Source: an uncultured Parasporobacterium sp.
Lineage (GTDB): Bacteria; Bacillota; Clostridia; Lachnospirales; Lachnospiraceae
Reading direction: 5' to 3'
DNA: 64,000 bases
Assembly (NCBI GenBank): GCA_963676435.2
Contig: CAXXOZ010000007.1
Location: 4,359 to 68,358, forward strand
The position numbers and the translations under genes are program-made. The notes below the pieces were generated by a model that had not been told where the DNA came from, made no database searches, and saw only the letters and a program-made list of their open reading frames with translations. Of this stretch, positions 41,239 through 52,100 are shown piece by piece (the first letter of the stretch is position 1; each line of letters begins with the position of its first letter).

Positions 41239-41262
41239 ACATATGAACAAACATTCATATGT
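41239..41262 (+). promoter_or_regulatory. ArsR/SmtB-type operator
   Basis: Perfect inverted repeat ACATATGAA-caaaca-TTCATATGT immediately after the -10. The TGAACA...ATTCA core resembles 12-2-12 operators of CzrA/SmtB/CadC. Confidence 0.65.
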
Positions 41263-41273
41263 AGGAGGATTTA

Positions 41274-41654
41274 ATGTATAATAAAATTGATTTGATTGAA
41301 AGTTGTGATTATATTCATGTGCATGAAGATACAATTACAAAAGTTAGAGAAGAGATGCCAAAGGAAGAGGTGTTATATAATTTGGCTGACTTTTTTAAAG
41401 TTTTTGGTGATTCAACAAGGATAAAAATTCTTTATGTATTACTACAATCTGAAATGTGTGTCTGTGATATTGGACAGTTATTAAATGTAAGTCAATCAGC
41501 AGTTTCACATCAGTTAAGACTTTTAAAACAAATGAAATTAGTTAAATTTAGGAGAGAAGGAAAAATAATATTTTATTCCTTATCTGATAGCCATATAAAG
41601 ACAATATTAAGTCAAGGGCTTGAACATATTAGCGAACAGGAGATGGGTTTATGA
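41274..41654 (+). CDS. ArsR/SmtB family metal-sensing repressor (CadC/CzrA-like)
   Basis: FKVFGDSTRIKILYVL, CVCDI metal-site motif, SQSAVSHQLRLLK recognition helix. Confidence 0.9.
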   Translation: MYNKIDLIESCDYIHVHEDTITKVREEMPKEEVLYNLADFFKVFGDSTRIKILYVLLQSEMCVCDIGQLLNVSQSAVSHQLRLLKQMKLVKFRREGKIIFYSLSDSHIKTILSQGLEHISEQEMGL

Positions 41655-41872
41655 AAAAGACTTATAAGATTAAGGATTTAGGATGTGCCAGTTGTGCAGC
41701 AAAAATGGAAAGAAGTGTCGGTAAGATCAATGGAGTAAATAATGTGAATATTAATTTCATTAGTGGCAAAATGGAAATTGATGGTGAAGATGAAAAGTTT
41801 GATGAAATAGTTGAACTTGCAAATAAGAAATGTAAAAAAATAGAAAGACAGGTAAAATTAGAAGAATGTTAA
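41651..41872 (+). CDS. Stand-alone heavy-metal-associated (HMA) domain protein
   Basis: 73 aa with a GCASCAAK (CxxC) motif. Confidence 0.85.
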   Translation: MKKTYKIKDLGCASCAAKMERSVGKINGVNNVNINFISGKMEIDGEDEKFDEIVELANKKCKKIERQVKLEEC

Positions 41873-43737
41873 AAGATAGAAAGTTTATTTTCAGAATTAT
41901 AAAGATTTTAATATCAGCTGGGATATTTATTTTTGCAGTTTTGTTTCCTTTTGAAAATAAAAATGCAGAAATGTTTGTGTTTCTGGTTGCTTATATTATA
42001 GTAGGATACACCATAGTGATTGAAGCATTTTTTAATATAATACATGGACAGATTTTTGACGAAAATCTGTTAATGCTTATAGCCAGCTTAGGAGCTTTCT
42101 TTATAGCTCAATATCCTGAGGCTGTTGCAGTAATACTGTTTTATCAGGTTGGGGAGTTGTTTCAAGATTATTCAGTTGATAAATCAAGAAAGTCAATATC
42201 TCAACTAATGGACATAAGACCTGATTATGCTGTGGTAAAAACAAAAGAAGGTAGTCAAAAAGTTGATCCAGGAACTGTAAATATTGGAGAAACAATAATT
42301 GTAAAACCAGGAGAAAAGGTGCCACTGGATGGTAAGGTTATTAAAGGAAATGGATCAATAGATGTAAAAGCACTTACTGGGGAAAGCCTTCCTAAAGAAG
42401 TAATAAAAGGAAATAGTATAATAAGTGGATCACTAAGCCTAGATGGAGTTTTTGAAATTCAGGTAGAAAAAACATTTGGTGAATCAACAGTTTCTAAAAT
42501 TCTTGAACTCGTAGAAAATGCAAGTTCAAAAAAAGCCAAGTCAGAAAACTTTATTACAAAGTTTGCTAGATATTATACACCTGCAGTAGTATTGGCAGCA
42601 GCTTTAATAGCTTTTATACCAACACTCGTTTTGGGCTTTGATGTATGGAAGGACTGGCTTTATAGAGCGTTGACATTTTTAGTTGTTTCATGCCCATGTG
42701 CTCTTGTTATTTCGGTACCGCTTAGCTTTTTTGGTGGAATAGGAGGCGCTTCTAGAAAGGGTGTGTTGATAAAAGGAAGCAATTATTTAGAAACCCTTTC
42801 TGAGTGTGAAACCGCTGTCTTTGACAAGACAGGAACATTAACAAAAGGATTTTTTGTTGTTGAAAATATAGTATCCGAAAAAATATCAGACGAAGAACTT
42901 TTAAGAATAGCTGCATCAGCAGAAGAATTTTCTAACCACCCAATTTCTATGTCAATAAAAGAAGAGGCTTTAAAAAGAAATCTCAAATTATATAAGAATG
43001 TTTCAACTAAAGAAAATTCTGGATTTGGAGTACAGGCAAAGCTTGTTATAAACGATGATGAGAACAAGGTCCATATAGGAAATGAAAAACTTATGAATTC
43101 TCTAGGAATAAATCCAGGCGAAAATGATTATATAGGAAGCTGTGTATACTTAGAAATGGAAGGTTCTTATTTAGGTTTTATAGAACTTGAAGACGAGATA
43201 AAAGAAGATACCCATATCGCAATTAAAGAACTAAAGAAAAATGGTATAAAAAACACAGTTATGCTAAGTGGTGATACAGAAAAAATTGCAAGAAAAATCG
43301 GTGAGAAGCTAGGAATTGATAAAATATATTCAGGGCTTTTACCTGATCAAAAGGTTGAAAAGCTAGAGGACATGATTAGTGAAACATCAGGTAGATTTAA
43401 ACTTGCATATGTTGGCGATGGAATAAATGATGCACCTGTTTTAGCTAGAGCAGATGTAGGAATTGCTATGGGTGGCTTAGGTTCTGATGCAGCAATTGAA
43501 GCGGCTGATATTGTAATAATGGATGACAAGATTTCAGGAATAAATACAGCAATAAAAGTTTCTAAAAAAACACTTAAACTAGTTAAGCAGAATATAATTT
43601 TTGCAATCGGAGTAAAACTTTTCGTACTTGTACTTGCAGCATTTGGTCTTGTTTCAATGTGGCCGGCAGTTTTTGCAGATGTAGGAGTTTCAGTAATTGC
43701 TATATTAAATGCGTTAAGAGCTTTAAAAATCAAATAG
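41866..43737 (+). CDS. P1B-type heavy-metal translocating ATPase (Cd/Zn/Co type) lacking a fused HMA domain
   Basis: SCPCALVIS (CPC), DKTGTLT, GDGINDAP, TGES. Confidence 0.9.
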   Translation: MLKDRKFIFRIIKILISAGIFIFAVLFPFENKNAEMFVFLVAYIIVGYTIVIEAFFNIIHGQIFDENLLMLIASLGAFFIAQYPEAVAVILFYQVGELFQDYSVDKSRKSISQLMDIRPDYAVVKTKEGSQKVDPGTVNIGETIIVKPGEKVPLDGKVIKGNGSIDVKALTGESLPKEVIKGNSIISGSLSLDGVFEIQVEKTFGESTVSKILELVENASSKKAKSENFITKFARYYTPAVVLAAALIAFIPTLVLGFDVWKDWLYRALTFLVVSCPCALVISVPLSFFGGIGGASRKGVLIKGSNYLETLSECETAVFDKTGTLTKGFFVVENIVSEKISDEELLRIAASAEEFSNHPISMSIKEEALKRNLKLYKNVSTKENSGFGVQAKLVINDDENKVHIGNEKLMNSLGINPGENDYIGSCVYLEMEGSYLGFIELEDEIKEDTHIAIKELKKNGIKNTVMLSGDTEKIARKIGEKLGIDKIYSGLLPDQKVEKLEDMISETSGRFKLAYVGDGINDAPVLARADVGIAMGGLGSDAAIEAADIVIMDDKISGINTAIKVSKKTLKLVKQNIIFAIGVKLFVLVLAAFGLVSMWPAVFADVGVSVIAILNALRALKIK

Positions 43738-43782
43738 TTTTGTAGTATAATATAGTAAAACTTGTTACAGGAGGATATTTAA

Positions 43783-45030
43783 TTGTATAGAGAAGCTGTT
43801 TTAGAACTAGAAGAATGGATAAACTCAAAAGCTAAAAAACCTCTTATGATTACAGGATGTAAAAAAGTGGGGAAAACATGGACAGCATTAGATTTAGGAG
43901 CGGCCTATTTTGAGTCAACAGTTTTGGTGGATTTACAAGTTGATAATGAAGTTAAAAAAATGCTAAACGATCAGCCAAATTTAAAACAAATTGTAAGATT
44001 TTTAGGTAAAAAAAGTAATGTCAATATAGATACCAAAAAAACATTTATTATATTTGATAATGTTAACTGTTTACGAAAACCATATGATTTTATTGAATTT
44101 TTAAATAATGAAATGTATGAATATAGTATTTGTTGTATATCAAGTGTTATCAATGATACAGAAAGGCTTAATCAAATCTCTTATATAAAAGAAATATATC
44201 CTTTTACATTTCAAGAGTTTCTTATTGTTAACAAGGAAAATGAACTGTGTTCAAAAGTTGCAAATCAAAAAGACGAAAAAATTGAAGACGAATTATTAAA
44301 AAAATTGGAAGAATATATTAAAATCTTTATGATTGTTGGAGGAATGCCAGAGTCTGTGAAATCATGGATTGAAAGTAAGGACTTTTATGATGTTGAAAGT
44401 ACAAAAAATTCAATTTTAAAATCTTACTTTCAGGATTTTGAGAGTATTAAAAATATAGCTTTGAGAAAAAAAGTATATCAAATATGGGAAAGCATTCCAA
44501 AACAATTAGATAGAGATGTTAAGAAATTTCATTTCGATATTGTAAAACTTACTGCTAGGAAAAGAGAGTATATTGAAGCTTTAGAATGGCTTCTAGAAAG
44601 AAAATATATATATAAAATAAATATGCTTGAAAAAACAGATGCATTTGAAATTTTTTTACCAGATATTGGTTTTTTGTCAAAGGTATATGAACTTGAAAAA
44701 AAATCGGACAACGACACTTTAGAAATTTTGGAGTTTAAAAATGGTGCCTTAAAAGAGCAGTTTATATTTCAAGAATTACACTCAAATAGAAATATTGATG
44801 AAATATTTTATTGGAACTCAAAGGCAACAGCTAGGATAGAATTTGTTTTTAGAGACGGAAATAACTATGTTCCCATAAAAATCAATCTAAAATCAAATAA
44901 TAAGATGCAGAGTATGAAGGTTTTTATAGATAAATATAAATCTCCATTTTCTGTATATATTAAGTATAATGAACTCAGTCAACATGAAAAAGTACTAAAT
45001 ATTCCATTGTATGGAGTTTGGAACTTATAA
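43783..45030 (+). CDS. AAA-type ATPase of unknown function (AAA plus DUF4143-like), TTG start
   Basis: GCKKVGKT Walker A-like motif, FIIFDNV Walker B-like motif, 415 aa. Family name is from memory. Confidence 0.5.
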   Translation: MYREAVLELEEWINSKAKKPLMITGCKKVGKTWTALDLGAAYFESTVLVDLQVDNEVKKMLNDQPNLKQIVRFLGKKSNVNIDTKKTFIIFDNVNCLRKPYDFIEFLNNEMYEYSICCISSVINDTERLNQISYIKEIYPFTFQEFLIVNKENELCSKVANQKDEKIEDELLKKLEEYIKIFMIVGGMPESVKSWIESKDFYDVESTKNSILKSYFQDFESIKNIALRKKVYQIWESIPKQLDRDVKKFHFDIVKLTARKREYIEALEWLLERKYIYKINMLEKTDAFEIFLPDIGFLSKVYELEKKSDNDTLEILEFKNGALKEQFIFQELHSNRNIDEIFYWNSKATARIEFVFRDGNNYVPIKINLKSNNKMQSMKVFIDKYKSPFSVYIKYNELSQHEKVLNIPLYGVWNL

Positions 45031-45034
45031 AAAT

Positions 45035-45065
45035 ACGACAGTAAAGAGGCGATCTTTACTGTCGT
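45035..45065. terminator. Bidirectional terminator
   Basis: ACGACAGTAAAGA-ggcga-TCTTTACTGTCGT, a 13-bp perfect stem, followed by a T run. Confidence 0.75.
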
Positions 45066-45071
45066 TCATTT

Positions 45072-46439
45072 TTACTTACGATCTTTTAAAGGAACATATT
45101 CTGTATGTGGAGCTACATTTTTATATGCAGGTCTTATGATTTTACCATCATTAATTAATTCTTCGATTCTGTGAGCACTCCAACCAGACATTCTAGCGAT
45201 AGCAAAAAGTGGAGTGAATAATTCCTGTGGAAGACCTAACATTCTGTAAACAAATCCACTATAAAAATCAACATTTGAACTAATATGTCTATACATTTTT
45301 CGATGATTTTGAATAATTTCAGGACTTAATCTTTCAACTGTTTCATATAATTTGAATTCGTCTTCAAGACCTTTTTCTTTTGATAGCTTTTCAACAAATC
45401 CTCTAAAAACTGTTGCACGTGGATCAGATATTGTGTAAACGGCATGTCCGATACCATAAATAAGACCAGATTTATCAAAAGCTTCTTTATCTAATAATTT
45501 TGATAAATGATTTCTTATTTCATCTTCATCTTTCCAGTCTTTTATTTGTTTTTTCATATCTTCAAACATTTGAGTAACTTTTATATTTGCACCTCCGTGT
45601 CTTGGACCTTTTAATGAGCCAAGAGATGCAGCTACAGAGGAGTATGTATCAGTTCCAGATGAAGAAACAACATGTGTAGTGAAAGTTGAATTATTTCCAC
45701 CACCGTGGTCAGCATGAAGAACCAGTGCAAGATCTAAAACTGTAGCTTCTAAAGGTGTATACTTGCTGTCAGCTCTTAATAAATGCAAGAAATTTTCAGC
45801 AGTAGAAAGGTTTAAATCTGGTGTATGTATGAAAAGACTTTGCCCATCATGATAATGTTTGTACGCTTGATAACCATAAACTGCAAGCATAGGAAAGATT
45901 GAAATAAGCTGCAAACTTTGACGTAAAACATTTGGCACAGAAATATCATCTGCATAATCATCATATGAATACATAGTTAGAACGCTTCTTGCAAGTGTGT
46001 TCATCATATCTTTACTTGGAGCCTTCATTATGATGTCTCTAACAAAACTTGTCGGTAGTGTTCTGTAGTGAGCAAGTAATCCTGAAAAATCTGTTAGTTC
46101 TTTTTCGTTTGGAAGTTTACCAAAAAGTAAAAGATATGTAATCTCTTCAAATCCAAGACGCTGTTCCTTAATAAAACCAGCAACGATATCTTCTATATCC
46201 ATTCCACGATAAAAAAGCTTACCATCGCAAGGAACAATTTCACCATCATCAATTGTATAAGATTTTACTTCGGCTATCTCAGTAAGACCGGTTAAAACAC
46301 CTTTTCCATTAATATCTCTAAGTCCTCTTTTGACTTCGTATTTTGTGTACAATTCTGGATTAATATAACTGTTTTCTTTACACAAAGTTGCCAAAGACAT
46401 TATTTCAGGTGTGATTTTTGAAAACTCATTTTCGGCCAT
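45072..46439 (-). CDS. Citrate synthase
   Basis: LHADHGGGNNST, GPRHGGAN, GHAVY, 455 aa. Confidence 0.9.
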   Translation of the reverse strand: MAENEFSKITPEIMSLATLCKENSYINPELYTKYEVKRGLRDINGKGVLTGLTEIAEVKSYTIDDGEIVPCDGKLFYRGMDIEDIVAGFIKEQRLGFEEITYLLLFGKLPNEKELTDFSGLLAHYRTLPTSFVRDIIMKAPSKDMMNTLARSVLTMYSYDDYADDISVPNVLRQSLQLISIFPMLAVYGYQAYKHYHDGQSLFIHTPDLNLSTAENFLHLLRADSKYTPLEATVLDLALVLHADHGGGNNSTFTTHVVSSSGTDTYSSVAASLGSLKGPRHGGANIKVTQMFEDMKKQIKDWKDEDEIRNHLSKLLDKEAFDKSGLIYGIGHAVYTISDPRATVFRGFVEKLSKEKGLEDEFKLYETVERLSPEIIQNHRKMYRHISSNVDFYSGFVYRMLGLPQELFTPLFAIARMSGWSAHRIEELINDGKIIRPAYKNVAPHTEYVPLKDRK

Positions 46440-46591
46440 AAAAAAAAGCCCCCTTTACCATATAAATTTTTTGTAGAATAAGATTATATTACCATAATTC
46501 CACTAAATCAACAACAACTTTTAAAAAATAGATGTATTCTGAAAAATAATATGATACAATTATATAAATAAAATTTGCGAGGAAAAGGGCT

Positions 46592-47914
46592 ATGGATTTA
46601 TTCGAATATATGCATAAAACAAAGACTTTAAAAGAGTCCCCTCTTGCATCAAGATTGCGCCCGACTACTCTAAGTGAAATAGTAGGTCAAGAACACATTA
46701 TAGCAGAAGATAAATTGCTTTATAGAGCAATAAAAGCTGATAAATTAAGTTCACTGATTTTGTATGGACCACCAGGGACAGGTAAAACTACAATAGCAAA
46801 AGTAATCGCAAACTCTACTAGTTCTGATTTCAAACAAATAAATGCCACCTCAGCAGGAAAAAAAGATATGGAAGCTGTTGTTGAGCAGGCAAAAACAAAT
46901 CTAGGAATGCATGAGAAAAAGACAATCCTGTTTATTGATGAAATTCATAGATTTAATAAAGCACAGCAAGATTATCTGTTGCCATATGTTGAAGATGGAA
47001 CAATAATTTTAATAGGAGCTACCACAGAAAATCCCTATTTTGAAGTTAATCAGGCTTTAATATCAAGGTCAATAATTTTCCAATTAAAACCATTAAGTAT
47101 AAAAAATATAAAAGAATTAATTTATAGAGCTATTGATGATAAAGAAAAAGGTATGGGGTCTTATAATGCAGTAATCGAAGAAGATGCTGTTGATTTTCTT
47201 GCACAAATATCTTCAGGAGATGCAAGGCAGGCAATAAATGCAATAGAACTTGCGATTTTAACAACTAAGAGAAGTTCAGATGAGAAGATTCATATAACAC
47301 TTAAAGAAGCCTCAGACTGTATACAAAAGAAGACTATTAAATATGACAAAACAGGAGACAATCACTACGATACAATCTCTGCATTTATAAAAAGTATGAG
47401 AGGTTCAGATCCTGATGCCACAACATATTATTTGGCAAAAATGATTTATGCAGGGGAAAGTGTTACTTTTATAGCCAGAAGAATTATGATATGTGCGTCC
47501 GAAGATGTGGGAAATGCAGACCCTAATGCGCTAACAGTTGCAGTCTCAGCTGCAAATGCTGTACACCAAATTGGATTGCCGGAAGCCAGAATCATATTAG
47601 CTCAGGCAGCCACATATGTGGCTCTTGCACCAAAAAGCAATTCAGCTATTAAAGCAATAGACAAAGCTTTAAATATAGTTGAAACAAAAAATGTTTCAGG
47701 AATACCAATGCACCTTAAAGATGCACATTATAAAGGGGCAAAAAAACTAGGAAATGGAAAAGGTTATAAATACGTTCATGACTTTGAAGGGAATTATACA
47801 AATCAACAATATCTCCCAGATGAATTAGTGGGAGAAAAATTTTATTTTCCTGGAAGTAATGGTTATGAAAAGGTTATGAAAAATTACTTGGATGATATAA
47901 GAAAGGGAAAGTAA
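46592..47914 (+). CDS. rarA: Replication-associated recombination protein A (AAA+)
   Basis: GPPGTGKTT, FIDEIHRFNK, C-terminal MgsA-type domain (HLKDAHYKGAKKLGNGKGYKY). Confidence 0.9.
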   Translation: MDLFEYMHKTKTLKESPLASRLRPTTLSEIVGQEHIIAEDKLLYRAIKADKLSSLILYGPPGTGKTTIAKVIANSTSSDFKQINATSAGKKDMEAVVEQAKTNLGMHEKKTILFIDEIHRFNKAQQDYLLPYVEDGTIILIGATTENPYFEVNQALISRSIIFQLKPLSIKNIKELIYRAIDDKEKGMGSYNAVIEEDAVDFLAQISSGDARQAINAIELAILTTKRSSDEKIHITLKEASDCIQKKTIKYDKTGDNHYDTISAFIKSMRGSDPDATTYYLAKMIYAGESVTFIARRIMICASEDVGNADPNALTVAVSAANAVHQIGLPEARIILAQAATYVALAPKSNSAIKAIDKALNIVETKNVSGIPMHLKDAHYKGAKKLGNGKGYKYVHDFEGNYTNQQYLPDELVGEKFYFPGSNGYEKVMKNYLDDIRKGK

Positions 47915-47915
47915 T

Positions 47916-49172
47916 ATGGGAGGACCAAAGCATACGATAATTTTATCAATAGATTCATTAAGTTCGCCTGATATGGAACTAATTTCTTTGTTACCTAACT
48001 TCAGAGAGTTTATTAAAAATGCTTCTATATGTGATAATGTTACATCAGTATATCCATCACTTACATATCCAGCTCATGCTACTATAATGACCGGAAATTA
48101 TCCTGTGAATCACGGGATTTTAAGTAATACCTTTTTTAAACCCAAGCAAATAAGAAAAAAATGGTATGGGCAAAGTAAGTATATTAAAGGCAAAACAATT
48201 TTTGGGGAAGCAATAAAAAGTAATATGAAAGTGGCATCAATATTATGGCCATTAACTGGGAAGTCTGGAATTCAATATTCTTTGCCGGAAATTTTCCCAG
48301 GACGATTTGAAAATCAAGTTATAGCGACATTAAGAAATGGATCAAAAAAATATATTTTTGATTTAAAAAGAAAATTTGGAAAGTTACTCAATGGAATAAA
48401 AGAACCTGAACTTGATAATTTTGTTCAAGCATCATTGTTGCATACTATAAAAAAATACAAACCAGATTTGACATTAGTTCATTTTTTAGATTTGGATGAC
48501 AGCAGACATAAATATGGGTATGCTGCACCAGAGGCTTTCAGGGCAATGGAAAGAGTAGATGAAAGACTTGGTGAAATAATTAATACTCTCAAAGAAGAAA
48601 AAATATTTGATGAAACGGCATTAATTGTATTAGGGGATCACTCACAAATTGATGTTCATACACCAATATTTTTAAATGAAAGATTTGAAAAAGATGGTTT
48701 TATTTTAAAGAAAAATGGAAAGATAAAGAATTGGAGAATATATTCAAAATCATGTGATGGCTCCTGTTATATATATATAAACAAAAAAGAAAATGAATCA
48801 TTTAAAGATGAAATATATGAATATCTATATACAATACAAGGTGAAAAAAAGAGTGGAATAAGTAAAATATATACAGGAGTTGAAGCACAAAAATTTGGAG
48901 CTTCAGACGAATGTGATTTTATGATTGAGGCTAGAATAGGTTATTATTTTGCAGATGATATAAAAAATGCAAATTATAAGGCAGCTCATGGTTATATGCC
49001 TACTATTCCTTCCTATCAGACAGTTTTTATTGCTGCAGGAAAAGGAATAAAAAGAAATATTCAGCTGAGTAATATTTCTTTAGTGGATGAGGCTCCTACA
49101 ATTGCCAAACTGATGGGTCTTGATTTAGGTAAAACAAATGGAAGGTGTATTGAAGAGATATTAGATATCTAA
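47916..49172 (+). CDS. Nucleotide pyrophosphatase/phosphodiesterase (alkaline phosphatase superfamily)
   Basis: SIDSLS, TYPAHATIMTGNYPVNHGI (nucleophile Thr context), GDHSQ, AHGY. Start lies 1 nt after the rarA stop. Confidence 0.8.
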   Translation: MGGPKHTIILSIDSLSSPDMELISLLPNFREFIKNASICDNVTSVYPSLTYPAHATIMTGNYPVNHGILSNTFFKPKQIRKKWYGQSKYIKGKTIFGEAIKSNMKVASILWPLTGKSGIQYSLPEIFPGRFENQVIATLRNGSKKYIFDLKRKFGKLLNGIKEPELDNFVQASLLHTIKKYKPDLTLVHFLDLDDSRHKYGYAAPEAFRAMERVDERLGEIINTLKEEKIFDETALIVLGDHSQIDVHTPIFLNERFEKDGFILKKNGKIKNWRIYSKSCDGSCYIYINKKENESFKDEIYEYLYTIQGEKKSGISKIYTGVEAQKFGASDECDFMIEARIGYYFADDIKNANYKAAHGYMPTIPSYQTVFIAAGKGIKRNIQLSNISLVDEAPTIAKLMGLDLGKTNGRCIEEILDI

Positions 49173-49194
49173 AAGGCTTTTCGGAGGTATTTTC

Positions 49195-52100
49195 TTGAGA
49201 GAAATAATTGGTAAACTTGCCAGAGGAATTTATGAATATGAATTACCGGTTATAATGTCGTCGGTTTCTATTATTGAAGAAACAATAGAAACGGGCATTA
49301 TTTATAATGGGAGTTTTGAACTTTATAGTGAAAATGAAGAAGAACTTAAAGGTATTGTTTATTCAACAAATGATAAATTCATTATTATAAACAATCAGTT
49401 TATCGGCAAAAGAAATAAAATTAATTTTAAAGTGCTTACTGAGTTCACAGAAATTAGGGATAATGTTTCTGGAAATATTAATATTGTGAGCAATGGTGGG
49501 GAAATAGTAATTCCATTCAAAATAAATATTGAACCTGCAGGTATTAAAACTACCAGTGGTATAATAAAAACATTAGATGAGTTTGTAGAATTAGTTATTA
49601 ATAGTTATGATGAAGCACTGAAAATTTTTGAATCTAATAACTTTGAGAAATGTTTTTTAATGGAAACACCAAAATATAACTCGGTCTATAAAGGCTTGAT
49701 TAGAGGGACTGACAAAAAAATTGCCTTAGAAGAGTTCCTTGTTTTTATTGGAAAGAAAAACAAAGTGTCCCTTTCTTTATCAGAGTATGGTAGAAATTAT
49801 GAAAACCTTGATGATTCTTATGGTGATTCATTTATATTAAAAAAAGAGCACTGGGGATATGTTGAAATTGAAACTCAGGTAAAAGGAGATTTTATAAAAG
49901 TTGCTAACTATAATATAGATTCAGATATGTTTGCAGGAAACAGTTATGAGTTTGTTTATTTTATAAATTATAACAAATTATTTAATGGTCTTAACATTGG
50001 GGAAATCATATTTAAAACTCATAATCAAACTGTTAAATTTGACATAGTAGTTGACAATAAAAAAGAAGAAAAAACAAGTATTAATAAAAAAGAATTATAC
50101 TTTTATAAACTATATAGAAATTATCTAGAATTTAAGTTGAATAAAATAAGTGTTGAAAAATGGGCAAATAATTCCCTAGAGATTTTGGAAAAGGAACTGT
50201 TTGAAGATTCTCAAAAACAACTAATTAAGGCATGGATTTTTTTACTTTCAGATAATAAAAACACAGCATCTGAAATTTTAGAAGATGTAGCCGCAGATGT
50301 TATTCAAGAAAAAGCGAATAATGTAGAAGACTACTGTTTTTTTATGTTCCTCAGGGCAATTGAAAAAAAAGATAATGCATATACTCATGAAACTATATTG
50401 AAAATCAAAGACTATTATGAAAACGGTTATGATTCAGATATGCTTTTATTGATGATGTTATATTTAAATGAGGATTATGAAAATAATCAAAGTCTAATAT
50501 TTGCAAGGCTAAAAGAACGATTTATGAATGGAAATAGAAGTCCCTTTATATATTTTGAAGCTCTAAAAATACTAAATGAGCTTCCAGAACTGCTTCGAGT
50601 TTTAAATTCATTTGAACTTCAGGTTTTAAATTTTGGAGCAAAAAATAGGATTATAAACGAAGAATTAGCATTGCGATTATCTGAGCTTGCTTTAGAACAA
50701 AAAGATTGTAAGCCTATTCTTTTTAGATTATTAAATTATTTATTTGATATATATATGAATAATGTTGCTTTAGAGGCAATATGTACATTACTAATACGTG
50801 AAGAAAAAACTGAACAAAAATATTTTAAGTGGTATGAAGCAGGTGTTAAAGCAAACTTAAAGATAACAAAATTGTTTGAATATTATATGTTGTCTGTGAG
50901 TACAGATTATATGGGAGAATTGCCGCGCAGTGTACTTCTATATTTTCTTTATAATGCATCAGTATTAGCTGAAAAACAAAGCTTTTTATACTTTAATATA
51001 GTTATCAATAAAGAACAACATCCTAATATTTATAGAAGCTACATTAAAAGAATAGAAAAATATGCGGTAGAAAATTTAGCTCAAGGAAATATTGATGAAT
51101 TTCTATCAGTTATTTATAAAAAAGTCCTAAATGAATCATTGATGAACACTGAAATAATAAAAAAACTTCCAGAAGTTATTCATACATATAAAATAGAATG
51201 TGATAATGAAAATGTAAGAAAGGTAATTGTATGCCATAAAGAACTGAATGAAGAGTTTGAAGTTAAAATAATAAACAATGAGGCATATATTAAGATTTTT
51301 TCATCAGATGTAGTAATTATTTTCGAAGATTTTTTTGGTAGAAGATATGTAGAAAGTGTTGATTACAGGCTTGACAAGCTATTTTATGACGAGGAATTCG
51401 TAAAGTTCTGTATTGAATATAGCCCATATAACAAATATATGCTTATGGCTTACACAAAAAATGTATTAAAACATATTAAAGATCATCATAAGATATTAAG
51501 GATTTTGAAAAGTGGAATAGATGAGGATGATTACAGATTATATTTTGCAAAAGCAATCATGCAAGATACAGTAGAGTATTATTATGAAAATTATGACAAT
51601 GAAATAATCGATGAGTATCTTGTATTATTTAATAAGTCAAAGATGAATTCTTTTACTAGAAAAAAAGTTATAGAATTAATGATAATTAGAGGTATGTATG
51701 ATGAAGCATTTTCACTATTCTTAAAATATGGTAATGAAAATGTAGATCCAGGAAAAATTGTAAAATTCTGTACTAGAAGTTTTGACAAAAATGGAATGGA
51801 ATTTGATCCTATATATTTGGACTTATGTGCATACGCTTATAGAAATGGCAAATATAATGAATTGGTACTAAAATATTTAAGTATGCATTATTATGGCTTA
51901 ACAAAAGAAATGATAAACTTATGGGAATCATCAATTGGCTTTGAGTATGAAAACAGAGAACTTGAAGAAAGGTTAGTAGTTCAGATACTTTTTGCAAAAA
52001 CATACTTAAATTATCTAGTAAATATATATGACTCCTACCAAGAAAAAGGTGCAAATAGCGAAGTAAAACGAGCATATCTTTTTTTTAAATCATGTGAATA

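Noticed and set aside
41866-41872. HMA gene / P-type ATPase junction considered as another frameshift pseudogene.
   Set aside because: The ATG overlaps the stop (ATGTTAA) in the manner of translational coupling, and both ORFs are complete. It is kept as a possible natural split and noted in the findings for checking.
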